Shown: positions 53,110 through 63,055, numbered from the stretch's first letter. The stretch: 64,000 nucleotides of DNA from Polyangiaceae bacterium (GCA_965222375.1 CBDCTZ010000016.1:2752001-2816000), one strand, 5' to 3'. The notes: generated from the sequence alone by a model not told the origin. Numbers and translations are program-made.

Positions 53110-54357
53110 ATGCGGGTCCCTTGGAAGCACGTCAGCTTGGCCATCTCAAGCGGCCTGCTTCTCGCCCTGGCATGCTCCGCGAGCCCCGGTGGCGAGGATG
53201 GTCCGGCCGGCACTGGGTCGGCTTCGGCGACTGGCGGTGCGGGTGGCGGAACGGGTTCCGGCGGCGGGAATAGTGGAACCGGCGGCGGTATCAGTCTCGA
53301 TTCCGGGACCGGCGGCAGCGATCCCGGTGACGCCGCTTGTCAGACGTTCTCTCAGGAAGCCAAGGAGGTCTTCGAACCGGCGGACATCGTGTGGGCAGTC
53401 GATACCTCCTGCAGCATGATTGAGGAGGCTGCGGCGGTACAGACCAACATCAACGCCTTCAGTCAGCAGATCGTGGCGACGGGCATTGATGCTCACGTCG
53501 TGATGCTGGCGGGTTACCAGTTTTTGATCCTGCCTGGCATTTGCGTGCCCGGCCCGCTTGGCTCTGGACTGTGTCCGCCCCAAGGTTCGGACACCAAGCT
53601 ACCGAACTTCCTGCATCCGCCGAATGTGCTTATCGACAGCGTGGACGCGGCAAAGCAGTTGGTGCAGCTATTCCCGGTCTACAAGCAGATGCTGCGCCCG
53701 AATGCGCTCAAATACTTGGTTGTCGTCACCGACGACGATTCGCGTACCGGCACGGGCTCCGGCGGCACCGGGGATCCGGGGCCTTATGACAACAACCCGG
53801 ACTTGTTCATCAAGGACTACACCGCGCTCGATCCGAGCCTTGCTGACAGTTCGGGCAATCCCAAATGGAAGCTCTCGGCCGTGTACTCCTTCACTCAGTG
53901 TGCGAACGCCGCCGCGGTCGGACAAGTTTGGAAGGACATCGTCACCAAAACGGGCGGCGTGCATGGCGACATTTGCCAATGCCCACCGGGGCAAGCGGCG
54001 CCTTGCGCCCAGACCTTCCAGAAGATCTTCAACGAGCTGGCCACGAAGATCATTCAGGGGAGTCAGCCCCTCACTTGTGAGTGGAAGATCCCTCCGCCGC
54101 CCGCTGGGCAAACCTTGGATCCCAACAAGGTGAACGTCGAGTTCATCAATCAAGACGCCGGCACTCAGGAAACCATCTTCCACGTCAAGGACGCAGCTGC
54201 CTGCGACCCAGTGGTGGGCGGCTGGTACTATGACAACAATGCCGCACCGACGAGCGTGAAAGCGTGTCCCGCGTCCTGCAGCAAGATCACGCCGGTGGTC
54301 AAAGGCCGCATCGATGTGGTCTTTGGCTGCGCCACCAAGAACCTGCCGCCTCGTTGA
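53110..54357 (+). CDS. VWA-like Cys-rich lipoprotein, paralog of 7269-8450
   Basis: ALAC lipobox, DTSCSM, VTDDD, shared C-terminal module PPP.G.TL.PN.VNV..AAACDP..GGWYY..CPA.C. Confidence 0.8.
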   Translation: MRVPWKHVSLAISSGLLLALACSASPGGEDGPAGTGSASATGGAGGGTGSGGGNSGTGGGISLDSGTGGSDPGDAACQTFSQEAKEVFEPADIVWAVDTSCSMIEEAAAVQTNINAFSQQIVATGIDAHVVMLAGYQFLILPGICVPGPLGSGLCPPQGSDTKLPNFLHPPNVLIDSVDAAKQLVQLFPVYKQMLRPNALKYLVVVTDDDSRTGTGSGGTGDPGPYDNNPDLFIKDYTALDPSLADSSGNPKWKLSAVYSFTQCANAAAVGQVWKDIVTKTGGVHGDICQCPPGQAAPCAQTFQKIFNELATKIIQGSQPLTCEWKIPPPPAGQTLDPNKVNVEFINQDAGTQETIFHVKDAAACDPVVGGWYYDNNAAPTSVKACPASCSKITPVVKGRIDVVFGCATKNLPPR

Positions 54358-54473
54358 GCACACCCGCGCCACAAAGCCGCGTTGGCAGTGTAAGTGCCGC
54401 GGAGCGGGCTCGTTAAGCGGGCATGAAACGTTCTTGTTAGCGGTCATGAAAAAGGGCGCATAGATGGGCGCGT

Positions 54474-55241
54474 CTAAGTGGGCTTGTTCGCCTTTTTGGA
54501 GGCGGCGCGTTCTTTGGCTTCCTTTGCGCGGTAACTCTGGCCCTGGATGTGGATGACTTCGCAGCGGTGGATGAGGCGATCGACCAAGGTGACGACGCAG
54601 GCGGCGTGGGGAAAGACGTCGGGCCACTCGCTGAAGGGCTTGTTCGTGGTCAGCACCACGGGCTTGAGCGCCTCGTAGCGTCTGGTGACGACCTCGAAGA
54701 GCAGATCGGCATAGCGGCTGTCGTAGGAAAGGTAACCGACCTCGTCGACGCACAGGAGCTGCGGGTGGGTGTATTGGCGCAGGCGACGGCTGAGGGCGGC
54801 GCTGCTGTCTTGACCCGCAAGTTCGTTGAGCATGGCGCTGGCTGTGGTGAAACGCACCGTATAGCCGCGCATCACGCAGTGATGTGCGAGATTTTTGAGC
54901 AACATCGTCTTGCCGACGCCGTTGGGCCCAAGCAACACGGCATTGGCGCCTTCGGCGAATAGGTTGAGGCGAAAGAGCTCGTCGACGGAGCTCTTGTCGA
55001 TCTTCTTCGGCCACTTCCAATCGAAGTCGGTGAGCGGCTTGAATCGACCCAGCCGGGCATTTTTGATGCGACGCTCCAGACTGCGCCGGGTGCGTTCGGC
55101 TTCCTCGTAGGCGAGCAACGGACCAAGCCAATCTGCGCTCACCACGTCGTCCCAGTTGGCCAGAAGACCGTGCAACCCCAGGCGGTGCGCACGCTCTCGC
55201 AGATCCTTGTCAGCCTGATCGCTCGTCGTCGTTGTCATCAT
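54474..55241 (-). CDS. istB: IS21 helper AAA+ ATPase
   Basis: GPNGVGKT Walker A, LCVDEVGY Walker B, LTTN, DRLIH, GQSYR. Confidence 0.95.
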   Translation of the reverse strand: MMTTTTSDQADKDLRERAHRLGLHGLLANWDDVVSADWLGPLLAYEEAERTRRSLERRIKNARLGRFKPLTDFDWKWPKKIDKSSVDELFRLNLFAEGANAVLLGPNGVGKTMLLKNLAHHCVMRGYTVRFTTASAMLNELAGQDSSAALSRRLRQYTHPQLLCVDEVGYLSYDSRYADLLFEVVTRRYEALKPVVLTTNKPFSEWPDVFPHAACVVTLVDRLIHRCEVIHIQGQSYRAKEAKERAASKKANKPT

Positions 55242-56721
55242 CGTCTCTCCCAATACCGTCGTAGTCGCTGAGTGAATGCGGGGTGACGACCGGGCCTTGC
55301 ACGCGGTCGTCGTCGGGAAGATGTCGCCCCACGGGTGGAGGGGTGCCGCGCTCGTAGCGGCGTCGCTCCAGGACGTGGTGCACAGCCGCAAGGTGTGGTG
55401 TGCCGAGTTGCACAACCTCGGCCAGCGCAGCTTCCAGCTCCGCGGCCCCAACTCGGTCCAGCTGCTTGAGCATCGCAATCGTCGCGCCGCCCAAGTTCTT
55501 GCCCTGCTCGGCCAGCACTTTGAAAAGCTTTCGGGAAGATGGCGCCGCGTGATGCAAGCGATCAAGGCCGCGATGCGCGTGGGCTTGCCGTTTCCACTCT
55601 GCAAGCGCCGCAATGTGTGCCGGCTCCTCGATCGCCTGACGGCGATCCCAGCACCGGGCGTGCTCCGCGATGGTGTCTTCACCGTCGAGGACACGCACGG
55701 TCGTCATGCTTGCCACCACGGTGAGGCTCCTGCGTGTATGCGTTGCCGGAATGGAGTAGTCGTTCAGGTCGAAACGCACGTAGGGCGTCTTGCCCACGGC
55801 AACCTCGATGCGCTCGTCGGTCAAAAATGGATTGCTCGGTAGCTCCAACAGACGCGGCTTCTCTTCGGCGAAGGCCTCCGAGACGTTCAGGGTCTCATCC
55901 TCGGGACAACGACGCTCCGCCGCAGTGCCCAGGCACCAGTCGAGTGCTTGCTCATTCAGATCGTCGAGATCGCGATACTCGCGTGCGGCGAAGAAGCTGG
56001 ATCTGATGTAGCGGATCGCGCGCTCGACGCGGCCCTTCTCATTGCCGCGTGCCACCGCGACTGGGCGTGGCTCGTAGCGATAGTGGCCAGCTAACTCCAG
56101 CAGCGTGGGGTGAAAACGGATCGCATCGCCCTTGCGCTCCAGCACCGCACTCTTGAGATTGTCGTACAGCAGGACCCGTGGAACGCCTGCCCAGAAATCA
56201 AACGCAGACACATGCCCGTGAAGAAAACTCGACATGTTGGCGTTCAGGTAGAAGCGTAGAAACACCATCCGCGACCAGCTGAGCACCATCACAAATGCCA
56301 TCAGCTGCCGGCTCGCTCGCCCAACTGAAAGAGTCCCGAAATGCGCCCAATCCACTTGGCCCTGTTCGCCAGGCAGCGTGCGCAAACGCATGTACGCTTC
56401 CGCTGTTGGTCGCGGTCTGTGTCGAGCGACGATGCGGCGAAAATGATCTGAGCCGCCCTGGTAGCCCCGCTCTTTCGCCATCGCGTAAACGCGGATCGCC
56501 GGCAGCTTCGGGTACTGCGCCAGCGTCTCGATGATCAGTGGGACGTAGGGATCGGTAATTGACGGACGCAGACTCCGGGACACCGTGTCGACCCCGGCGT
56601 CTCGCAGGACACGCCGCACCGTGCCGTGGTGGATGCCAAGCTGCTGGGCAATCGTCCCGATCTTCCACTTCTCCGCGTGGTACAGCCGGAGGATTTCGGC
56701 TCTGCGCTCCTTGCTGATCAC
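55210..56721 (-). CDS. istA: IS21 DDE transposase
   Basis: N-terminal [35 protein letters not shown]. Confidence 0.95.
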   Translation of the reverse strand: MISKERRAEILRLYHAEKWKIGTIAQQLGIHHGTVRRVLRDAGVDTVSRSLRPSITDPYVPLIIETLAQYPKLPAIRVYAMAKERGYQGGSDHFRRIVARHRPRPTAEAYMRLRTLPGEQGQVDWAHFGTLSVGRASRQLMAFVMVLSWSRMVFLRFYLNANMSSFLHGHVSAFDFWAGVPRVLLYDNLKSAVLERKGDAIRFHPTLLELAGHYRYEPRPVAVARGNEKGRVERAIRYIRSSFFAAREYRDLDDLNEQALDWCLGTAAERRCPEDETLNVSEAFAEEKPRLLELPSNPFLTDERIEVAVGKTPYVRFDLNDYSIPATHTRRSLTVVASMTTVRVLDGEDTIAEHARCWDRRQAIEEPAHIAALAEWKRQAHAHRGLDRLHHAAPSSRKLFKVLAEQGKNLGGATIAMLKQLDRVGAAELEAALAEVVQLGTPHLAAVHHVLERRRYERGTPPPVGRHLPDDDRVQGPVVTPHSLSDYDGIGRDDDDNDDERSG

Positions 56722-57068
56722 CGCGCACCTCGTCCACGCATGCGACGAAAGTCACCCACGCCTCGTAGGCGCTTTGGGCGGGCGCGGCCGGCGACCTCGT
56801 ACTGCACGAGTTGGCTTTCCCCGGGCCATAGCTCGTCGCCAAACAGCCCCGAGTCGAGCCAACTTGGGCAGTTCTGCTCCGCAGTAATCGCAACGCAGAG
56901 CTTCGCCCCGCTCCACAGCGCGAGCCCTTCGAGCAATGTCAGAAGAGCGCGAGGGTGAGACGGTCGCAGCGACAGCCTCGCTTTCAGCACATCCCCTTGT
57001 TCCGGAGACGTCACCAGAAGCTGCATCTCCGTTTTCGAAACCTGAAGCTGGGCTGTCAGACGCATCAT
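56718..57068 (-). CDS. IS21 passenger hypothetical protein
   Basis: GTGA coupling to ist[25 protein letters not shown] looks protein-like. Confidence 0.65.
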   Translation of the reverse strand: MMRLTAQLQVSKTEMQLLVTSPEQGDVLKARLSLRPSHPRALLTLLEGLALWSGAKLCVAITAEQNCPSWLDSGLFGDELWPGESQLVQYEVAGRARPKRLRGVGDFRRMRGRGAR

Positions 57069-57384
57069 TGGGGTTAGCCTCGAGGACGGCGTGCCGTGCC
57101 GCCTCACTCTCGGGTCCACTGCTGCGCCCGCTGGCGTCTAATGACGAGGGGTGATGCGTCACTTTTTCTCGCCGCCGCGCCCGGTGACGGGCTTGTCGCT
57201 CTGCGTGAAGCCGCGCTCCACGGCGCGTGCGCTGGTACCGAGCCCCCGCCTCTCGCACGCTTTGGCTGCGACTTATTGAAGCGCAGTCACTGCTGCAATA
57301 CAGCTGCCCTCGGTCGCAACGTTGGCAAAGCTTCACCTGGCCGTGGCACCGCTGACAGTTGAAAAGCCGGAACGAATCGCTGAT
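56752..57384 (-). CDS. IS21 passenger Cys-rich putative Zn-binding protein
   Basis: CQRC..LCQRCDRGQLYC..C, Arg-rich helix, distal CDYCG. The frame is open upstream of GTG 57336, with GGAG followed by ATC at 57384. Confidence 0.55.
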   Translation of the reverse strand: MSDSFRLFNCQRCHGQVKLCQRCDRGQLYCSSDCASISRSQSVREAGARYQRTRRGARLHAERQARHRARRREKVTHHPSSLDASGRSSGPESEAARHAVLEANPNDASDSPASGFENGDAASGDVSGTRGCAESEAVAATVSPSRSSDIARRARAVERGEALRCDYCGAELPKLARLGAVWRRAMARGKPTRAVRGRRPRPPKAPTRRG

Positions 57385-58054
57385 CGCGGACTCCGCCCAG
57401 CAGTTTTCTGGATCCGTACGCCGCTATCAGCGATGCTTGCGCCACAACTGATCGCGGTTGGAAAGGCTCGGGTTGCGCCCCGGGCCTTTCATCTATCTGG
57501 GCATCGAGATCATCCAAGCGCCCACCCGACCGGGCCCAATTTCACGCGCTCTATCCGACGGCGTAAATCCGGGCATCACTCACGCGCAAATATGGGCACC
57601 TCCGCCATGCCGCCCACTTAGACGCCGTTTCGGATGCCCGTTGACACGTTCTCGCTGGGTCCCAAACACCCTGGTCTTGATCACGCTGGCGGGCATCGCC
57701 GGCTGCGCCGCTGGCGGTGGCGCCAACAGTCGCGGCCCCAATCCAGCGCCCGCCGAGCCTGCGCCACCGGCCGCCCCGCCGCCTGCCCAGGCCGGAGTCC
57801 CAGAGCTGTGCAAACTTCCACCCGAGTCCGGCCCCTGCGAAGCGTTGATCCAGGCGTGGCATTTCGACGCCAAGACCGGGAGCTGTCGCGTGTTCGACTA
57901 CGGCGGATGCGAAGGCAACGCCAACAACTTCGACAGCGAGGATGCGTGCAAGGCGGCGTGCGGTGCGCGTTGAGCCGAGCGGCCCTTCCAATCTAGAAGG
58001 CTGGTGATCGAAAAGCGGGCACTACCAGGCTCAGGCCGTGGCAGCATGGCTTGG

Positions 58055-58321
58055 GTGAGCACCGATCGTACGATTCACGTCCTCTACGAGAACCCAGACT
58101 GGTTGCCGCCGCTGCAAGCCGCGCTGCGGGGCGAAAGCCTCGCCTACGAACTCCACGAAGTCTGGCGCGGCATCGTGGACCCCACGGCGCCGCCGGCACC
58201 GGGCATCTACCTGAACCGGATGAGTCCGTCTTTCGACGGTCGGTACTTGTATGGCCTTCAGAGCAGCAATATGTGTGAACCGCGTGCCAAACGCGGGAGC
58301 GAACTGGAGCCTGCAGCGTGA
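58055..58321 (+). pseudogene. Truncated ATP-grasp (RimK/alpha-L-glutamate ligase-like) gene
   Basis: IHVLYENPDW..PPAPGIYLNRMSPS N-terminus jumps directly to FDGRYLY and ends; far too short for an ATP-grasp enzyme. Confidence 0.55.
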
Positions 58322-58481
58322 GGTTTGAAACCTGGACGTCCGAGCGCTTTCGCCTCCTCCATGGGGTCACTGTAGCCCACTTTCGTATCTCGCAAGCTTC
58401 GTGCCGGCCGCCCGCGGCCTGAAGCGGCACGTCCGGCGTCTCGGCATGGCGCGCGGCGGCGTGGCTGTGTAACGTCGGCCC

Positions 58482-59195
58482 GTGGCTCCCGCCAAGAAGA
58501 CCGCCAAGACCAAGAAGTCCAAGAAGCGCCCGCGCAAGGACAGCCCTGAACGCCGGCCCCCGCGTCGCAGTGGTGTCAGCAAAGCCGAGCGCCGCGCGCA
58601 CATTCTGACCGCGGCTCGGGACGTCTTTGCCAAGCTAGGTTACCACCAGAGCACGATTGACGACATCGTGGCGGAGGCCGGGATCGCCCGAGGCACGTTC
58701 TACCTCTACTTCGAAGACAAGCGGGCCATCTTCGCGGACCTGATCGATCGCTACTTCACGCAGCTCACAATGGTCATCCAGCGAATCGATATCAGCGATG
58801 GAGCTGCACCGGTCTCGGAACAGGCCCGAGATAACATGCGCAACATCCTCCGGGTGTGTCTGACAGAGCGCGCGATGACGAAAATTCTCTTCGCGGATGC
58901 TGTGGGCGTGGACCCGGCGTTCGATCGCAAGCTTCTGACCTTCTATGATGCCGTCGTTCAGCTGCTCACCGAGAGCTTGAAGGAGGGACAGGCACTTGGG
59001 ATCGTGGAAGATGGTGAGCCCCGAGTGCTGGCGTACATGATCATCGGCGCGCTCAAAGAGCTTCTGTATCAGGCCGTCACCCTCGGCCTGTCCGAGGAAA
59101 GCGCGGATGTTCTCACGGGGCAGCTCTACGACTTCCTCAGCCGCGGTTGTCTCGACGTAGAGCCGTCGGTCAAGCGCCGCATCCGTCACGCCTGA
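58482..59195 (+). CDS. TetR/AcrR family transcriptional regulator
   Basis: ILTAARDVF..GYHQSTIDDIVAEAGIARGTFYLYFEDK HTH. Confidence 0.93.
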   Translation: MAPAKKTAKTKKSKKRPRKDSPERRPPRRSGVSKAERRAHILTAARDVFAKLGYHQSTIDDIVAEAGIARGTFYLYFEDKRAIFADLIDRYFTQLTMVIQRIDISDGAAPVSEQARDNMRNILRVCLTERAMTKILFADAVGVDPAFDRKLLTFYDAVVQLLTESLKEGQALGIVEDGEPRVLAYMIIGALKELLYQAVTLGLSEESADVLTGQLYDFLSRGCLDVEPSVKRRIRHA

Positions 59196-59234
59196 GTCCG
59201 TCTGATGTAACCATGTGTTTTCACCCGCGGCGGC

Positions 59235-61151
59235 GTGCGCTACACCCGCGCTGTGGAACCCTCCCGGGATGCCGACACTGCCCACCCCAGCTATTTGGCG
59301 GAGCGCCCTCAGCGCTTTACTGGTTTCGTACGCAGCTCACGCTACCTCACGATGCGTGACGGTGTTCGCATCGCCGTAGACGTGTGTTTGCCTCGAGGGT
59401 ACGGCGCTCGACGGCTACCCACCATCCTCCGGCAGACCCGCTATTTCAGACGCTTTCGAGTGCATCCACTGCTGCGGCGACTTCTTGGCCAAGGCACGCT
59501 GGATCCCATGAACGCGCCAATGAGATCCCTGATGACGAGCCGCGGCTATGCCTGGGTGGACGTCGACGCGCGGGGTTCAGGCGCGTCCTTTGGGACGCGT
59601 CCGTGCCCTTGGTACCTCGACGGGGAAGTGGCTGACAGCGCGGAAATCGTTGATTGGATTACGAGCCAAACTTGGAGCAATGGCCGGGTCGGCTCCACCG
59701 GCGTTTCCTACGACGGTACGGCGGCAGAGTTTCTCGCTATCACTGGGCACCCTGCTGTCAAAGCGATCGCGCCGCGGTTCTCGCTCTTCGACGTGTTTAC
59801 GGACGTCGCCTTTCCGGGGGGGCTGCACAGCTCCTACTTCACGGAGGCCTGGGAGAAGGCCAACGCAGCGTTGGATCGCAACGTGCCGGGCGAGATGATC
59901 GCGTTGATCTACACGCTGCAGGCTCATGGGGCTCTGCCACCCGAGGTTGCTCGACTCATCGACCGCCCACTGTCTCAAGCGGGTCTATCCAAGTTCCTCA
60001 CTTGGGCTCTGGGGGGCGTCGCTCCCGTCGATGCGGATGGTGGGGGCAGACAGCTGCGCGATGCCCTCTCGACCCACTCCGAGAACTACAGCGTGCACGA
60101 GGGGGCCGTGCATACTGACTTTCGAGACGACTCGCCGCCGAACGCGCCCATCGACGGCCAAACATCGGATTTTTTCAGCCCGCATAGCTACGTCGAGCGT
60201 ATGGGCGACGTAGCCGTTCTGAGTTACGGTGGATGGTTCGATGGCGGCTATGCAGGTGCAGCCGTCAAGCGGCACCGCGCTTTGACTGCAAGAGGAGCAA
60301 ATACTCGCTTGATGATTGGCCCGTGGGTTCACGGGGGGCAGCTCGACATGGACCCGGATGCGCCAGGCCGGCGCGCTTGCTTCGACCACGCCACCGAGTT
60401 GCTGCGCTTCTTCGACGGCTACCTGCTGGATTCGGATGGACCGGACCCGGCGAAGCTGCCTCGGGTTCGCTACTTCATGATGGGGGAGGGGCGCTGGCAT
60501 TCTGACGATGCTTGGCCGCCCGAAGGTACGAGCTCGGTCGAACTGTTCTTCGCGCCGGAGCGCCGGCTCGCGCCGGCGAAGTCTCGCGGCGGTGAAGAGA
60601 CGTTCGAAGCAGATCTGAGCGTAGGTTCCGGCAAACGTACGCGCTGGAGAACGCTGCTCTGCCCATTCCTGCAGGCAGACGGGCGAGGACGTAGCCCTCA
60701 GGGATACCTCGTGTACGAAAGTGACGTACTAGATCGAGATCTCGATCTGGTTGGCCATCCGGTGCTGGAGCTGACTCTCTCGGCTTCGCAGCCCGACTTC
60801 GCGATGGTGGCCTACTTGGAAGACGTGACCCCGGGCGGAAAAGCGCGGTTGCTGACCGAGGGGGTGTTGCGCAGCATTCACGAAAGTAGCTTTTCGGCGG
60901 ACGAGCGCGGCTTGCCGCTTGCGAACGTGACTTTCCGCAGGGCCGACGCCCGCCGCTTGCAAGTCGATGAGGTTGCCACTCACGTGATCGAGTTGCTGCC
61001 GGTCGCCATGCGTTTTTGCCGTGGGCACCGACTGCGCCTCTCTCTGGGTGGCTCCGATGTGGACCATTTCACGACCCCTGCTGGTACGAGCAGCGTGCGT
61101 TGGAAAGTCCAACTCGCTGGCTCGCGGCTACTTCTGCCCTGCCGAACCTGA
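59235..61151 (+). CDS. CocE/NonD family hydrolase (S15-like)
   Basis: MRDGVRIAVD, DARGSGAS.G, WSNGRVG..GVSYDG, GWFD, IGPWVH. Confidence 0.92.
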   Translation: MRYTRAVEPSRDADTAHPSYLAERPQRFTGFVRSSRYLTMRDGVRIAVDVCLPRGYGARRLPTILRQTRYFRRFRVHPLLRRLLGQGTLDPMNAPMRSLMTSRGYAWVDVDARGSGASFGTRPCPWYLDGEVADSAEIVDWITSQTWSNGRVGSTGVSYDGTAAEFLAITGHPAVKAIAPRFSLFDVFTDVAFPGGLHSSYFTEAWEKANAALDRNVPGEMIALIYTLQAHGALPPEVARLIDRPLSQAGLSKFLTWALGGVAPVDADGGGRQLRDALSTHSENYSVHEGAVHTDFRDDSPPNAPIDGQTSDFFSPHSYVERMGDVAVLSYGGWFDGGYAGAAVKRHRALTARGANTRLMIGPWVHGGQLDMDPDAPGRRACFDHATELLRFFDGYLLDSDGPDPAKLPRVRYFMMGEGRWHSDDAWPPEGTSSVELFFAPERRLAPAKSRGGEETFEADLSVGSGKRTRWRTLLCPFLQADGRGRSPQGYLVYESDVLDRDLDLVGHPVLELTLSASQPDFAMVAYLEDVTPGGKARLLTEGVLRSIHESSFSADERGLPLANVTFRRADARRLQVDEVATHVIELLPVAMRFCRGHRLRLSLGGSDVDHFTTPAGTSSVRWKVQLAGSRLLLPCRT

Positions 61152-61162
61152 CGCGCCGCGCT

Positions 61163-63055
61163 TCACCGGCCGGCGACGGCACGAAGTAGATCGCGTTCGG
61201 TCACTAGTCCGACGAGCTGGCCGGCGGCATCCACCACCAGCGCGCAGCTCGCATGAGCTTCCAATACTGCCGTGACGCATGCGCTCAGGCGCGTCTCTTG
61301 CGGCAAGATGAGCGGGTTCTTGTCGCAGACATCACGAGCGGCGATGGCTTGGTTCTGGGTTCGGCTTTGAGCCAAGCCCTCGAAGATGCTGCGTGCGGTC
61401 AACAGTCCGACGACGGTTCCGTTTTCATCTTCGACAGGTACGTGGCGTACGCTTCGCCAACGCATCACACTGCTTGCCAAGTCGACGACGTCATTGGGGT
61501 GGATCGTGAACAGGTCAGTGGTCATGATCTCGCGCAGCGTCGGGTCTTCGTTCGCGTCTGCGGGCACGCTCGTGGTGCCCTTGAGTGCGGGCCAGGTGTG
61601 GACGGGGTCGCCGCGCTGGCCATACTCCAGCATGCGTTGCGCGAGCTCACACGCCGCGCCCAAGGGTGTCTTGTCTTCACACAAGTGTTCAAAGCCGTGC
61701 AGCATCCACTGTGCGGTGGTACGGCCACTGGCCACTCTTGCCTCAACCACCCCGAGGTAGTGATCGATCTGATCCGGGTCGACACCTGCGCCCGCGAGTC
61801 CACTCCTCGCCTGGGGCAAGAGCTCGAACAAAAGTAGTTCTTTGGCACCGATGCGTTTGCCGTCCAACCAGGTGAATTGTGCCTCCAGTCCGAGTTGTGC
61901 GGCCGCGAGAAAGTTCGCCCGAACTGCGTCGAAAGGAATGCGCTGCGGAATGCTCGGAGCGACGTCTCTCAGGCCCATCATGGCGCCCCAAAAAAGGGAA
62001 GCGTTGGCCACTTCATCGATAACTGTCGGCCCAGACGGGAGGACTCGGTTTTCGATACGCAGGTGCGCTGTCGTCCCATCCGAGCCGTAGCAGGCGCGGT
62101 TCCAGCGCCACACGGTGCCGTTGTGCAGATTCAGTGCTCGCAGATAAGGGGCGCCTCCGGCGCGCACGATGGCGGCGGGGTCCTCGTCGTTTTCTTTCGT
62201 CAGTAACACACGAAAGCGTGCGGCGTCCTCGCGGAACACATCGAGCACGCTTTCTGTGACCCAGTCTTCGCCGAAGCTGACCCTCCCACGCAATCCGCGA
62301 GCGGCTTCTGATGCGGAGCGGACATCGACGGAGCGTTCGAAGACTGCAACCCGCGTTTCCTTCCACAGCCGCTTGCCGAGTAGCAGCGGAGACCCCACCG
62401 CCGCCGCCAGAAGTGGTGCGGTCACCAACTGGGCCAAGTTGTACAGCGACGTAAACTCGTCAGCTTCCACTTGGATGTGAACTTGGAAGCTCGTGTTCGC
62501 GGATTCCAACATCACGCAGTCGTGGGTGATGTTGAGTTCGTCGGTTCCACGGAGTGCGAAGGTGAAGGGCCCCCCACGCATGTCCATAATCGCCTGATTC
62601 AGCGCGCGGTAACGCGGCTCTGGCGTCATCTGATCCAGGGTGAGATCGCTGTTCTTCAGCGATGGCAAGATGCCGGTGAGCAGCACTTCTGCTCCGCGAG
62701 AGCGCGCAGTTTCGTTCACGAGGTCTACGACGCCGTTCAGCTCGGCCTCGAGATCTTCGAGCACGTTGCCGCTGAGCAGATGTGGCGGCAGGTTGGCTTC
62801 CAGATTGAACTGCGCCAGCTCCGTGGTCAGACGTGAATCCCCGGCCGCAGCAAGCACTTCTGGCCCCACACAGGCGGGGCGCCCTCGGGCGTCTACGAGG
62901 AACAGCTCCTGCTCCAGCCCAACGCGGCGCACTCCGTTCTCGATTCCACCGCGCGCAAGCAGAGCTTCCAGAGCCTCGATGTCCGCAAGCAGAGCGCGCG
63001 TGAAGGCGCGGACCGCCCCTGCATTACCGGCCCCACTTACGCTGTGCTCACCCAC
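61163..63055 (-). CDS. Glutamate-cysteine ligase-family (GCS2) protein with C-terminal CBS pair
   Basis: GLEQE, TELAQFNLE, ESANTSFQVH, VWRWNR.CY, HLRIENR, then IMTTDLFT..RHVPV..VGLVTERD. Confidence 0.88.
   Translation of the reverse strand: MGEHSVSGAGNAGAVRAFTRALLADIEALEALLARGGIENGVRRVGLEQELFLVDARGRPACVGPEVLAAAGDSRLTTELAQFNLEANLPPHLLSGNVLEDLEAELNGVVDLVNETARSRGAEVLLTGILPSLKNSDLTLDQMTPEPRYRALNQAIMDMRGGPFTFALRGTDELNITHDCVMLESANTSFQVHIQVEADEFTSLYNLAQLVTAPLLAAAVGSPLLLGKRLWKETRVAVFERSVDVRSASEAARGLRGRVSFGEDWVTESVLDVFREDAARFRVLLTKENDEDPAAIVRAGGAPYLRALNLHNGTVWRWNRACYGSDGTTAHLRIENRVLPSGPTVIDEVANASLFWGAMMGLRDVAPSIPQRIPFDAVRANFLAAAQLGLEAQFTWLDGKRIGAKELLLFELLPQARSGLAGAGVDPDQIDHYLGVVEARVASGRTTAQWMLHGFEHLCEDKTPLGAACELAQRMLEYGQRGDPVHTWPALKGTTSVPADANEDPTLREIMTTDLFTIHPNDVVDLASSVMRWRSVRHVPVEDENGTVVGLLTARSIFEGLAQSRTQNQAIAARDVCDKNPLILPQETRLSACVTAVLEAHASCALVVDAAGQLVGLVTERDLLRAVAGR

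Larger units (their letters stand above)
54435..57646 (-). mobile_element. Complete IS21-family insertion sequence, 3212 bp, 6-bp target duplication CGTTCT
   Basis: TG..CA ends; imperfect IRs at 54435-54458 and 57623-57646 (17/24 match); internal 14-bp inverted repeat GCGTCTAAGTGGGC at 54470 and 57612; CGTTCT at 54429-54434 and 57647-57652; istA-istB present. Confidence 0.93.
54423..57973 (+). pseudogene. BPTI/Kunitz-domain lipoprotein gene interrupted by IS21 (5' part 54423-54434, 3' part 57647-57973)
   Basis: Removing the IS and one TSD copy gives MKRSRWVPNTLVLITLAGIAGC...CKLPPESGPCEALIQAWHFDAKTGSCRVFDYGGCEGNANNFDSEDACKAAC, a canonical six-Cys Kunitz domain. Confidence 0.88.

Noticed and set aside
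54389..54428. TGTAAGTGCC.. as the IS21 end
   Set aside because: No target duplication fits. The end at 54435 gives a 6-bp TSD, better IR similarity and restores the Kunitz ORF.
55242..55694. 406-aa long form of istB
   Set aside because: The extension overlaps istA out of frame; IstB homology starts near ATG 55241
57458..57640. N-terminal part of the 171-aa ORF 57458-57973
   Set aside because: It lies inside the IS terminus; the native start is ATG 54423
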